Notes: a model not told the origin generated them from the sequence alone. 63,428 nucleotides of DNA, filler included, from 9 parts of 9 records of this genome joined end to end with filler, not necessarily neighbours in it, one strand, 5' to 3'. Shown: positions 12,501 through 24,387, numbered from the whole stretch's first letter. Numbers and translations are program-made.

Positions 12501-14828
12501 GTCGCAGGAGCGCTCTGCGTCGGTGCGCGAAGACGGCGAAGACAGTGGTGGCGTGGTGTTTAGCAGCGATAGCGACGACCCCGACGACGGGTCTGCCAGC
12601 GGCAGTGACGACGACGCCGACGACAACATATCGGCTAGCTCCACGGAAGAGGCACGCCAAGTGGAGCGCCTGCGCCGTGAGCTCAGCGGGCAAAGCACCG
12701 ACGACATTCCGCTGGGTCGGAGCCCGAGCCGAGGCGGTGTCGATCTGCATGACGACGACGGTGCGACGCCGCTGCATATAGCAGCCATGCACGGCCACGC
12801 AGCTGCTGCGGCCGTGCTGCTCGGAAGCGGCGCGTCTCCTCTGGCGCGCGATGCGCGCGCGCGCACGCCGCTTCACTATGCGTCGGAGTGCGGCGCTGCG
12901 GCGCTTGCGCGTCTCCTGCTTCGGTCGGCAGCGGCCGACTGTGACGGCGACGACAGCGAGAAAGCTCGCCAAGTACTTGATGGCTATCACGATCTGCACT
13001 CGGCGCTCCGAGCGCGCGATGCTCGCGGGTGCTCAGCGGCGCACCTTGCTGCAAGGGGCGGGCACCTGCGCGTGTTGAACGCGCTGGCGGATGCGGGTGC
13101 GATCAGCGTCCACCGTGACGAGCGCGGACGGACTGTCGCGCACGTTGCTGCTGCGCACGGAAGAGCGGATGCGCTGAGTGTTCTTCTTGTGGCGTCGCCG
13201 TCGTTGGTGGACGTGTGCGACCGCGGCGGGGCCACTCCCCTGCACGCAGCCGCAGCGCACGGCCAGGATGGCGCGCTGGCGATTCTTTTGCACGCGGGCG
13301 GTAACATGCACGCTCGCGACTGCATTGGGCGCGTTGCTCTGCATCTTGCCGCCGACGAAGGGCACACCGTCTGCGCCGCCATGCTCGTCGCTCGCGACGA
13401 CAGCCTCCTTGGCGCTCGTGACTGCTTTGGCCTTACTCCGGTACACCTCGCCGCGCGCGCTGGTCGCCTCTGCGCCCTTCGTGTATTCGCAGAAGTGCTG
13501 CTGCAACGCGCGAAAGCGGGTTCGCAGGGCGGTGCGAGCGGGGGCGGCGCAAGCGGAGGCGGCGCGAGCGGAGCCAGCGGCGAGCGCGCCTCTGGGGATG
13601 GCGCTGGGGTCAAGCGCAGCGCGGCAGGAGCGAATGGGCATGGCGGCGACGACGGCGCGACGAGCGAGGCGCCAGCGGCGCCGCCGGAAAAGCGGTCGCG
13701 TCCTGTTGTGCGCGTTGTTGTCCAAGCTCCGGACGACGAAAGTTCCGACGATGGAAGTGAGGACGGCAGTGGGCTGCGTAGCCGACCGTTTACCGTGGAT
13801 GCCACCGATGACGATGGCGCGTCAGCGCTTCTGTATGCAGCCGCGGGCGGGCACACGGCGTGCATGCGCCTGTTGGGCGATGTGCTGCGCGCCTCGTGGT
13901 GCGTGCGCGACTCGCGAGGCCGCTCGGTTGCGCATCTTGCCGCTGCGGGCGGTCACACGGCGGCGCTGAGGCTTGCATTCGAGAAAGTCGGCATTGCACG
14001 GTCGACGACACCTGTCCACGATGGCGACGGCGGTAGTCGGCGACCTCGCTCTGGCGAGTGCATGTCGATCGGCGCTGTGGAGGCGCTTGACGTCCTTCTG
14101 GCTCCCGACACAGAGGGGTGGACGCCCTTGCACTATGCGGCGTGGAACAACTCCGCGGAGGCCGTGCAAGAGCTGATTGAAGTGGGCGGCGCGGAACTTG
14201 TCCGAACATCGGACAGCAGCGCGTCTCCGCACGTGCTGGCTCGCCGCAGTGTATTGTCGCGCGGCTTGTCGACGGATCAGCTGTCTGCGGTTGACTCTGT
14301 GGATGTGCTGAGTGCCGTTAGCTCTGTTGTGCTGTCTCCTGTGGCGTCGCCCACGGGCTCGGACGCCGACAGTGCTTCTGCGGCGTCCGACTCTTCGGAT
14401 GACGATGATGAGGCGGACGACGAAGGAAAGCGCGTGCGTCGCGGTAGCAGCGCGTCAGACGAGCGCGCTGGCGACGCGGACGGAAGCGGACACGCGGCTG
14501 CGCTGGCGCTGATTGCCGGGAATACTCCCCTCCATTATGCGGCCAACTTTGGCAACGACCACGCCGTCGAGGTGCTGCTTGCCCACGGGGCTGACGGGAC
14601 GCTTCCTAACGTGAACGGGATGACGCCGCTGCATTGCGCAGCGTTTCACGGACACGCGCGCGCGACGGACCTGATAGCGCAGGAGTGCCCGGCTGCCGTC
14701 GATACGCTGGATTCGTCGGGCCGCGGCGCGCTGCACTATGCGGCGGAGCACGGGCACGCGGATGCGGTGGCGGCGCTCCTGCGCGCCAGAGCCAATGCGA
14801 CCATGTCGGACGGGGGCGGGAACGCGCC
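9565..14828 (+). CDS. Large ankyrin-repeat protein, partial at both ends (probably eukaryotic)
   Basis: The frame is open across the whole contig. About 20 TPLH.AA..G-type repeats are separated by Ser/Asp/Gly-rich low-complexity inserts. Confidence 0.88.
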
Positions 14829-14928
14829 NNNNNNNNNNNNNNNNNNNNNNNNNNNNNNNNNNNNNNNNNNNNTTAATTAATTAANNNNNNNNNNNNNNNN
14901 NNNNNNNNNNNNNNNNNNNNNNNNNNNN
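14829..14928. other. Artificial contig linker
   Basis: 44 N + TTAATTAATTAA + 44 N. Confidence 0.99.
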
Positions 14929-14957
14929 ACACATACACATACACATACACATACACA
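14929..14957. repeat. (ACACAT)n microsatellite, intronic, at contig edge
   Basis: About 5 copies of ACACAT. Confidence 0.85.
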
Positions 14958-15049
14958 TTGACGATACATAAGGCTGGGAAGAGAGGTTTCGCCGCTCGTG
15001 CGCTCAACCCGCTCACTCCTTTCCCCCTGCAATAGCGCTCGCAACGTAC

Positions 15050-18000
15050 TTCTTCGTCGAGACGCCGCCGCTCCGCCGCATCGACCTCTTGTTGACGAGC
15101 AAGCGCGTTCCGTTCCTGTTCGAGTCGAGCGATCGATGCTTTCTGGTCCGTAGAGAGTTTCTCCACATACTGTTCGGTTTGCCCGCGGAAATCCCGGAGT
15201 TTCGCATCGAATTTCGCTCGTTGCTCCGCAAGATCACGCTCGTGCTGTTCTTCCAGCGCGCGGAGACGCGCATCGCCCTCGCTGCAACACCGGAACCACA
15301 GCAAAACCGAGAGAAAAGGGCGAAGCGAGGTGAGTCCAACAACACGCGCGCGTGAGTCAACGGAGGTGCTCGCACGCGCTAGACGCATCGGAGTCCCCGC
15401 TTCGCCCTGAACCTCGCACATCTTGGCAATTGATGCATTGGCTCCTCGTCGTCTCCTCACGGTGATTCGCCGCAAATGCAGCACATGCGCCGCGATCTGT
15501 GGCGAAAGCGCCTCGCACTGCACTGCACCGTACAACGCACACAGCGCTACCGGCAACAGCAATGGCAAGCTCACAAAAGCAGGGAACCTAGAAACTCGCT
15601 GCAGCGCGCTCACGCAGAGAACAATCGCCACATCGAACACGAGAAAGACTGCAAAACCGAGACGATGAGAGACCCGAAATGGAATTCGCAGCGAAACCGC
15701 AACGTCCACAACTATACACAACCCTATGCTTAACCAAATTCTACTCGCAGGACCGTCGCTCCTTTGAACCAGCGCATGGTGCGCGCTAAGCGAAGAAATC
15801 GTGTGAGTGGATGGTGTGCATGGAGATAAAAGGCTGTAGTGCAGTGTTTTGCGTGGGTAGTGGGAGAAGCTGGCCGGATAGGCCTGTTGGAGCCGCGAGT
15901 GGGCGGCCCACAATCCGCTCCCGCTCGGTTCCCGCACCAAGAAGTACCAGAGGGAGAGAACAGCAGAAGATCACGTACGTAGCGGCGGTGTTTGCGCGCT
16001 GCTCGGCTTCGCGCTGGGAAGCGTTTGCGGCGCGTTCGCGCTCTTCCGCGGCGGCGAGGCGCTCGCGAAGCGCTGCAAGTTCGTTTGCTGCTTCGCGCGA
16101 GGACTGCTGCGCGCTCTCTCGCTCGCGCGTAGACGCTTCGGCGAGATCGCGGAACTTGGACGTCTGGACGACAGCAACACATACGTACGCGCCACAAGAG
16201 CACGTGAGCGTGTCATAGAGGTAGAACGGAGTCCATGCCAAGCGTTTGCCAGCGCGCGGACACGTTTCCAGTAGAAACTGTACGGAGAAAGCGAGAAAAG
16301 CGTCTCCGCAACCGATCCGGTTGGAAACAACAAAAGCAAGTACATCGGAACAACCATCGCGCGAGTACCACCGCGCGATTGTAGAGCATCAGCAGCCGTC
16401 GGGAACCCCGCGCGCGCCGTGACAAGCGATGTTGCCCATTGAAGCGCAGCGCGAGAGGCTCCAGGTGCGAAGGAGCGAGAGCGCGCTGCGACCTCTGCGC
16501 GCGCCTCACTCCTTCGCCCTCGCCCTCTCCCTCTCCCTCTTCCCCCGTGCGCCGCTTCGCGCAGTGAGCCGTCCGTTCAGCCATTGCGCACCTCTGCCTG
16601 CGCCTCGCGCACTGCACGGCGTGCGCTCTCTTCGGCGGCGCCCGCGCGCTCCGCTTCCTCGCGCGCGCGCCGCCGCATCTCCTCCGCCTCCTCGCGCAGC
16701 TCGCGCGCCGCCGCCTCGCTCCGCTCGCGATCGCGCGCCAGCGTCTCCTCCAGCTCACGCGCCCGCGCCGCTGCCAGCTGCGCGGCCTCGCGCTCCTTGG
16801 CGATCTCGTTCTCTGCGTCGCGCGTCGCAGCGGCGGCGCTCCGCGCGTCCGCCTCGGCGCGACCGAGCGCCTCGAGCGCCTCGTCGGCACGGGCGCGCGC
16901 CTTCGCCGCCGCGTCGCGCTCGCTCCGCAGCGCTTCGTCGTGGCGCGCGGCGAGGTCGCGCTCGCGGTCCTCGGCAGCGCGCGCCGCGGCAGTGGCGTCG
17001 GCCTGCGCACGACGGAGCGCGTCGGCGGCGTCGGCGGCGCGCGCGCGTTCCGCCGCAGTGGCGTCGCGCTCGCGCTGCAGCGCTTCATCGTGGCGCGCGG
17101 CGAGGTCGCGCTCGCGCTGCTCGGTGCGCCGCTCCGCCTCCGCGATGTCCGACTGCGCACGAGAGAGGTCGCCGCGCAGCGTCTCTATCTCCCTACAAGT
17201 AGAAGCGAGGCCATGTAGTGCGCACGCACAAGCGCATGCTGTTTTAGACGCACCAAGAGCACCCGCGTGCGCAGCGCAACGCAACAGAAGCAGCTTGCGG
17301 ACTCCCTCGCGTTCGCCCGCTCGTACTCTCCCTAAAACTTCATGTTGCGTACACTCGCTCTCCCCTTTCCATGTCGTCCGGCACGCAGCTGCAAGCTCTA
17401 TGTGCGCTTCCTGCGACAAGCGAATGAAGCCGCGTAAGGAACTGCTCTCGGAAGGACGTGGAACTCGGGCAGGGCGAACGCGCTCTTGCTCTCGACGTGG
17501 CGCCGGTGCAGCGACGCTCACGGCCGTGCCGGGAAATGCGCAATTGCGTACCTCTGCGCCCGTTCCTCGGTCGCTTCCATATTCGAGCGGGCGCGCTCGG
17601 CTTCGCGTTCGGCGCGCTGTGCTCGCGCTTCTGCGTCGGAGAGCTGTGCGCCCAGTTCCGCGCGAATCCGAGACACCTCTTCGCGCATCTGCCGCTCCGT
17701 CTCCACCAAGCGCGACTCCAGCGCAGTCACTTGCTGGCGATAGTGCTCCGTTTCCGATACAAGCCGCTCGCGCATTTTCGAGACCTCGCTACCCAGACGC
17801 GCAAACACATCTTCAACCGTTCGGACCGCGTCCGAGTTGCTCGCTTGGACGGAGCTTTCCACGCTGCGCAGCGCTTCGGCCAGCGCGCGCGCGTGCTCCT
17901 GCAGCTCGCTCTCCGTCTGGCGGACGTCGACAGAGAGTCGCAGCGTGCGCACCTTCTCCCACGTTTGCTGTGAGAACGAAAAGGTGGTGCTCTCCGCTGC

Positions 18001-18483
18001 GTACTCGCGCCGGCTTGATGTAAACGAGCGTGCCGGAGAGGCGTCACGCGCCGCAGACAAGGGAGGAGGCGCAAGGTCGCGCCGCAGCGGGGACGCCGGC
18101 TCGGCGCTGGCGGCGGCGGGCGCGTTCGACGCCGCGCTCACCGAGCGGAACACCGCGTGGTCCGCACGCGTCCCCGCCGCACGCGAAGAAGCGTACGACG
18201 CGCTAGTCGTGCTCTCGTACGTTCGCGCAGTCGCTGTTTCGCGGCGCAGTGCGCTGCTACTCTCGGACTCGCTCGAACGCGCGCCGCTGCCCACCGAGCC
18301 GCCGCGCTCGTCCTCGACGTCCCAGCGCGACCGCAGCTCCTGCAGCCGCGACAGCTTGTCCGCGCGCGTCGGCGTCAACGCGTCGCCGAGCGCGCTCCGC
18401 GGCGCCGAGCGCTCAGCGAGCGGGGAGCTGCCGTACCCAACGCGCTCATCACTCGTAAACACGGAACGAGGCGAGTCGACCAT
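15050..18483 (-). CDS. Spliced long coiled-coil protein, 3'-partial; exons 18483-17552, 17192-16592, 16163-15979, 15281-15050
   Basis: All GT-AG junctions are phase-consistent (2,0,2). The product is E/R/A-rich helical sequence after a Ser-rich head (MVDSPRS...). Confidence 0.75.
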
Positions 18484-19515
18484 GGTGGAGGGGAAGGCCA
18501 GAGGGGGTGTGTGCCGAAATACAACGCCGGTGGAGGTGGGGCTACAGCGGCGACAGACCGGGCGCGGAACGCAAACTAGCCGTTCCCCGCAGCGCGTTCT
18601 GGTGCGCGGAGGCGTCGAGCGCGGGAGAAACCGGGCGCGCAGCGAGGGTCCGCCCGCGTGCCGCAACGGCGAGACGAGCGAAGAGAGCAGCGGAACCCAA
18701 GGACCGCCTTTGCCGCGCCTGTAATATTCTGTACCGCGTGGGTTCCTTGCTTCTGGTGCGCGGTCGGCCTGGTGACGTGTGCACGGCGTGTACAACGCGA
18801 AGGATGGGGGAAGGGCAAGGAGCGGCGCGCGACGCGTTCCTCGCGGAGGAAAAAACGGTCACAGGCGTCCGAGGCAACGAAGCAGCGCAGCGCACAGACG
18901 CACCCGTTGCGCCAGGCTCTGTCGTGTATCGCGCACCGAACGTGCTGCCAACAGGACCGACCTCGTACAGCCCCAACCCAGGAAACGAAGTCAAGGACAG
19001 ATCTCCAGTAATTTTGACTTACTTACACAAACATAAAGGATCTGAATTTGGATCGAATCCTGGTTGGTTCAATTTCAGTATCGTTGACTGAGCTTCCGTC
19101 GACCATGCCAAGATATCGATTCATTTCCTATTACACTGGCAGGGACTTGCACGCAAGGGCTGGGTGTCATTTCACCGTGTATCCATTGGTTTCTGCACTC
19201 CGCAGAACCCGGTCAGAAACGATGGTTTTTAAAACCATGCACAAAACGCTACAAGCGTACAAAAAGAAAGTGGAGAAACACAAGGTATATCTCTTCATTG
19301 CGCGCGCCATCATTTCCTAAGTGAATGTACTCCTTATTGGGAAGCGGACGCGGAAGGCTTCCCTACTCGCTGGGAGCGGAGAAAACGCTCCGCGCTGGCC
19401 TGACCGCCTTGCCATTCGCCGCGTCGTTTCGCGTGTGCTGACATCCCCGCCCTACACGGGCGCGACAAGCAGGTCGTGGGTGGTGCAGACATGTCATAGA
19501 CTTTCGGCATCGAGG

Positions 19516-21419
19516 ATGGCCGCACCATCTCCCCTCCGCGGCCTGCACTCCCACGGCGATGGGCTCGCCTTTGTCGGGAGCTACGGACAGCAGTCTTCCG
19601 GGGGGGAGGAAGGGCATGGGTGCCTGCCTGCAAGTATCGTACGGAGGTAATCTGCGCTATCCGCTTGCAGAGAATTACGAAACAAAGCAGGGAGCACTCA
19701 TTTTACTACAAACCATCGCCGAGCTCATCAATGAAAAGGGCAAGCCGCGCGCCTTGACGGAGAAAGTGACTCTGTGTGCTCGCGTTGTGTACGAGGCCCT
19801 GCAGGACTGCACAGACGACGGCGTCGCCTCGCCAACATCGCTAGCGTCGCAAATTCCCAATTGTTTGCTGCAAACTGAAAAGAAACGGAAAATCCTCATT
19901 CGCGAAAATTGCACAAAAGACGTGCTCGTCGGAGCTTTCTGCACAAACCTTGAGACGTGTCTCGCGTACAGCCCGCGAGCGCACATCGCGGGGCGAAGCC
20001 TATTCGGGGTTCCCCGCGCTGCACTACGTGCGCGAGGAGCGCGGCCCGCCTTGCTCCTCTCGATCATCAGCGACAATGACGACGATTTCTGGGAGCGAAA
20101 AGAAAAATGAAGCAATATTTCACGCCAGCAGTGAGTGGATGAGACTGATTGAAATCGCTCGCTCTTCGGAACATGGGTGTAGACCGGCAATGCAAAGAGC
20201 CTTCCTCAGCTGGCACGAGGCGTCTCGCGACGCGTGGAGCGAATATCTCGACGACCTTGCCGTGCTGATTCGCAACAGGCTTGCCAATCCTTCCCCAGCT
20301 TGCGTCCGTGTAGTGCTTTCAAGTGATACTGTACACCGCGAAGATCGATTCTTCGTTGATTTGAAATTCAGTATTGCTTGGAAAGAAACAGACTCATGGG
20401 CTCAAGTGCAAAACTCTCTGAAGCAATTGCTGTCTTGTGCAGAGGTGCTGGCCAAAGAACAAGAGGTCTTCAGCACCCTCCGCAGCACCTGGCTCGCACG
20501 TGCTGAGCGAGTCGGAGAGGCCCTACATATGCGGTACCTCGACCGCGTAGATACTATTCTTCGTTACGCAGTAGTTCCACGGAGAAAGAAAACGGTGCAC
20601 TGTGCAACGTGGAGATCGCTCTTTTCTTCCTGTGAGTATTGGAAGGCTACATGGGAAACTGGTGCTGCTCTTCAGGATTCGTGGATGGACCTTGTCCCTG
20701 CGGCAGTGCGCGCTGACATCGCGAAAGCCGCGTTGGCACTGCTTCGGCGCGCGACAAAACGGGTGGAAAGTATTCAAGATTTATCCAATAACGTTATTTG
20801 CTGTATTCTTGAGTACCAAAATGACACCTTAGAGCTCGTTGGAGTTCCCATAATTCGAGCAAACTACAAGCCGACGGACCAAGAGGGGAGAATCCACGCG
20901 GAGATTGCCGCCCTTGGAGATCTCGAGAGATACAGGAACGAAGCAAGGAATACCTCCTTCGTTCTTGTATCTCTGTTGGAGCCATGCGGAAAGTGCATGA
21001 GTAAGATTTCGAAATCGTTCTCGATTCGCGTATGCGCCTATCTTTTCCAAGATATGTACGAGAGAGGTTCCGGCCACTTTCTGTGGGGGGTGCGGCCTAG
21101 ATGCCCCTCTCTGTACGTGCAGGGTCTGCGCGACCTCCCCGGTGACTCGTCGCTGTGGGATGCAATTTCTGCAATTGACAGTAATTTGAACCAGCAGAAT
21201 TCGGATTCTAAGCAAAAGGTGTTTGCAAGCAGAAATCTTTGCAACGGCGACGTGATTAGCTGTCCTGAGTTATCCTCGTTCGAGGAATACGGCGAACGCG
21301 ATGTGCTGCTCAATATTGTGGAGTGTCCAGAGGAGCGCCTTAGCCAGACAACGAGCCACAGCCAGCGCGAGAGCGGTTTGCTGTCCCCCAAGGACCTTTC
21401 GACGAAGTCTTTGTTATAA
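19516..21419 (+). CDS. Uncharacterised protein with C-terminal TadA-like zinc deaminase domain; spread over three frames (19516-~19605, ~19605-20107, ~20108-21419), possibly a pseudogene
   Basis: HAEIAAL (20895) ...VSLLEPCGKC (ending 20996) with TadA-like spacing; AATAAA overlaps the stop. Joining the upstream frames is inference. Confidence 0.6.
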
Positions 21420-21503
21420 ATAAACTTGTTATATTTGATTAAGGAAACCATTTTGCACGATGAAGCTTCACGAAGATGCAGCAAGAATATCGAAAGGCTT
21501 TGC

Positions 21504-21603
21504 NNNNNNNNNNNNNNNNNNNNNNNNNNNNNNNNNNNNNNNNNNNNTTAATTAATTAANNNNNNNNNNNNNNNNNNNNNNNNNNNNNNNNNNNNNNNNN
21601 NNN
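21504..21603. other. Artificial contig linker
   Basis: 44 N + TTAATTAATTAA + 44 N. Confidence 0.99.
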
Positions 21604-21645
21604 ACAGCCATAGGTCTTGATAAACAGCTTTTTAGGCGCGGTCAT
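21604..21645 (-). CDS. miaB: tRNA methylthiotransferase MiaB, first 14 codons only
   Basis: Translates MTAPKKLFIKTYGC, the UPF0004 N-terminal motif; truncated by the contig end. Confidence 0.8.
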
Positions 21646-21759
21646 GGCATCGGTCCAACTGGTGCAGAAAATCAAAGGCGGCATAACAGGGCCACCGATC
21701 GCTTGCAATGCACGCCGATTTAACCGATTCTGTTCTAAAACGCGCCAACAAGAGGCCCC

Positions 21760-22629
21760 ATGCAGTACCCCAGCTTATCGCAGATGATCACAGCAGAGGC
21801 CACGACCCTTGCCAAAGGGCCACTGGCCGTTGTCATGATCGAAGATGATGTAGAGGTCGCCACCTCCCTGCGCCATCATCAACAGATGGGATTTTCCGTC
21901 GTGATCGCGCTGATGCCGGCTGTGTTCGACCTGCCCCGTGACCTTGAGGAAACCATCATCCGCGTGGATTACAACATGTCCGCTGACCACGCGATGGAAC
22001 AGGCGATCAACGCGCTGATGGAACCGGCAGCCGGGCAATGGGTCTTTTATTGCTATAATGCGGAGTTCTTTTTCTTCCCGTTTTGTGAAACGCGCAATGT
22101 GGTCGAAATGCTGGCCTTTCACACCGAAGAGCGGCGCGATGCGATGCTGGCCTATGTGATCGACCTTTATTCCGACGATCTGGATTTGCATCCAAATGCT
22201 GTGTCACTGGACAACGCCCATATGGACCGTTCGGGGTATTATGCACTGGCACGGCCCGATGCCGACAACCATAGCCACCCCAAGGAACGGCAACTGGATT
22301 TCTTTGGTGGGCTGCGCTGGCGTTTTGAGGAACATGTGCCAAAGCTGCGCCGCAAAATTGACCGCATTCCACTGTTTCGCGCCAAGAAGGGGCTGAAAAT
22401 CCGCTGGGATCACACGTTTTCAGATGAGGAATACAATACCTATGCCTGCCCGTGGCATCATAACATCACCGCTGCGATCTGTTCGTTTCGCACCGCAAAA
22501 GCGCTGAAGAGCAATCCGGGCAGCAAGTTCGAGATCGACAGCTTCAAATGGCACAATTCCTCGCCTTTTGAATGGCATTCGCGCCAGTTGCTTGATCTGG
22601 GGCTGATGGAACCGGGGCAGTGGTTTTAA
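21760..22629 (+). CDS. Conserved Rhodobacteraceae protein, glycosyltransferase family 2-like
   Basis: W.FYCYNAEFFFFP (degenerate DxD position), IDLY and FFGGLRWR resemble roseobacter GT2-like proteins. Confidence 0.55.
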   Translation: MQYPSLSQMITAEATTLAKGPLAVVMIEDDVEVATSLRHHQQMGFSVVIALMPAVFDLPRDLEETIIRVDYNMSADHAMEQAINALMEPAAGQWVFYCYNAEFFFFPFCETRNVVEMLAFHTEERRDAMLAYVIDLYSDDLDLHPNAVSLDNAHMDRSGYYALARPDADNHSHPKERQLDFFGGLRWRFEEHVPKLRRKIDRIPLFRAKKGLKIRWDHTFSDEEYNTYACPWHHNITAAICSFRTAKALKSNPGSKFEIDSFKWHNSSPFEWHSRQLLDLGLMEPGQWF

Positions 22630-22714
22630 CCAAGGGAAACAACCGGTTCCCATCCGGCACCTTGCGTGAAAAAACAGCGCTGGATTTTTCCAACGCTGTC
22701 TCTCGATCAAATGA

Positions 22715-23623
22715 TCACTTGGCCTTTTCCTGAACCTTCAGTTCTTTGGACAGCTCGACGATCTGCTCTTCCCCGATTTTATACAGCTCGGTCATTCTCT
22801 TGATCAGCGCGTCGATCTCTTTCGCGTCTTCATTCGCCTTGATCTCGGACTTCATCTTGGTTGATGCGGTCTTGGCGTCCTTGGCCCATGGTTTGAGTTT
22901 CTTGACCAGTAGTTCGGTCTTTTTGATGTAACCCTTGGCGGCTTTCAGGTCTCCTTCTTCAAGCAAGAGCCATGCAGAGTCACAAAGACCACTAAGAGAT
23001 TTCTCGTCTTTCTTAAGCCGCTTTTCGGTCGCCGCGCGGTTCTTGGCAGTCAGGGGTTCCGGGAACTCCTTGGGCGTCACCGCCTCAATGGCCTGTTTCA
23101 CAATGGCATCATTGGTGCGTTTGGGGATCATCCCGTACATCACGACAAAGCCTTCCAGCCCGCCATAGGTCTTTTCCGCCTTGGTGATATCAGCCAGGGC
23201 CTTGCGCGCCTCATCCATGTCCTTTTTGACCGTCTTATCGGGCTTGCCCCCGGCCTTTTTCAGGTCTTTTTCGGCCAAGGCGATCTGCTTTTCCAGATCC
23301 TTGCGGATTACCGTTGCCTCGTCCTGAAACTTCTTGAATTCAGCCAGCCCCGCACGATGCTTTTTCAGCGCAGCTTCCCATGTCTTGCGCGGGCCAGCTG
23401 CATCTTTGTGTTTGAGGAAATCGTCGGTTTTCTTGCCAGCCATACCGCCCAGCTTGATCTCCTGAATTGCCTCTTGCAGCTTGTCTTCCTTGGCCCATGT
23501 ATCATCCAGGTTGGATAACAGAGTCTTTTTTATCTTATCCGCCGCTGCCGGCGAATATTTCTTAAGCTTGTCTTTGATCTTTTTCGTAACGTGGATTTTT
23601 AGCTTCTCAACTTCTTTGGACAT
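22715..23623 (-). CDS. Lysine-rich all-helical hypothetical protein
   Basis: About 300-aa ORF, very K/E/A/D-rich, no recognisable motif; start taken at MSKEVEK. Confidence 0.7.
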   Translation of the reverse strand: MSKEVEKLKIHVTKKIKDKLKKYSPAAADKIKKTLLSNLDDTWAKEDKLQEAIQEIKLGGMAGKKTDDFLKHKDAAGPRKTWEAALKKHRAGLAEFKKFQDEATVIRKDLEKQIALAEKDLKKAGGKPDKTVKKDMDEARKALADITKAEKTYGGLEGFVVMYGMIPKRTNDAIVKQAIEAVTPKEFPEPLTAKNRAATEKRLKKDEKSLSGLCDSAWLLLEEGDLKAAKGYIKKTELLVKKLKPWAKDAKTASTKMKSEIKANEDAKEIDALIKRMTELYKIGEEQIVELSKELKVQEKAK

Positions 23624-23958
23624 AATAAATTTCCTTGGGCTTTGGTCGAAATAGACCATGCTAAAAGCTCAACCCTAGGAGCAAACTTTGCTCAAAAGCA
23701 AGCTATAATCGTTAATTTACTGGGGGTGCGACGACAACAAGAGGAACCGGACAGAGCGCAGTTTTTGCCCCGCCTGCAAGTCATGACCGGGAAAGGGCGG
23801 TGATGTGGGGCCGCGATTGGCAATGCGGCGCACTACACTGTTGCGCGGGGTATCAACCTGATCAGCAAACAGCCCCTTGATCAGCACAACGCCATCACGC
23901 TGATAAGTATCATTGTCATTTTGGGTCTGAATGGATGGGACAAGCCCATGGGTGGGGT

Positions 23959-24387
23959 TTACCCCGCCACCTCTTTGCGCCGCAGGCGGATCACCACATC
24001 GACGCTTGCAATCTCGGCACCGGCAGGCGCGTCCGGAAGGCCGGAAATCACCAATTGCTCGGCTGGCGCATCGGTCAGTTTCCCATCGTCTTCCCAGTAG
24101 AAATGCGGGTGGTCGTGGGTATTGGTATCAAAATAGCTTTTGGATCCGTCAACCGTCACCTCCTGCAACAACCCAGCGCCACAAAAGGCACGCAGCGTGT
24201 TATAAACAGTGGCCAAAGACACCGCATCACCCTGCCCTTTAGCCGCGTCAAACAGGCTTTCTGCCGTGACATGCCTATGCTGGCCATCGCCTACCAGAAG
24301 GCTGGCCAAAGTCACCCGTTGACGGGTCGGCCGCACACCGGCCTGTTCCAGCCAGCGGATACCGTTTTCCTGAAGGGTCTGCGTCAT
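23959..24387 (-). CDS. irrA: Iron response regulator Irr (Fur family)
   Basis: RPTRQR, HVTAE, SLATVYNTL, YFDTN.HDHPHF; divergent from fabA as usual in Alphaproteobacteria. Confidence 0.9.
   Translation of the reverse strand: MTQTLQENGIRWLEQAGVRPTRQRVTLASLLVGDGQHRHVTAESLFDAAKGQGDAVSLATVYNTLRAFCGAGLLQEVTVDGSKSYFDTNTHDHPHFYWEDDGKLTDAPAEQLVISGLPDAPAGAEIASVDVVIRLRRKEVAG

Noticed and set aside
19050-19072. GGATCGAATCC, resembling a tRNA T-loop or B-box
   Set aside because: There is no A-box, acceptor stem or cloverleaf around it.
21718-21740. Possible Irr ICE box (..GTTCTAAA)
   Set aside because: Only one half-site matches TTTRGAAYNRTTCYAAA.
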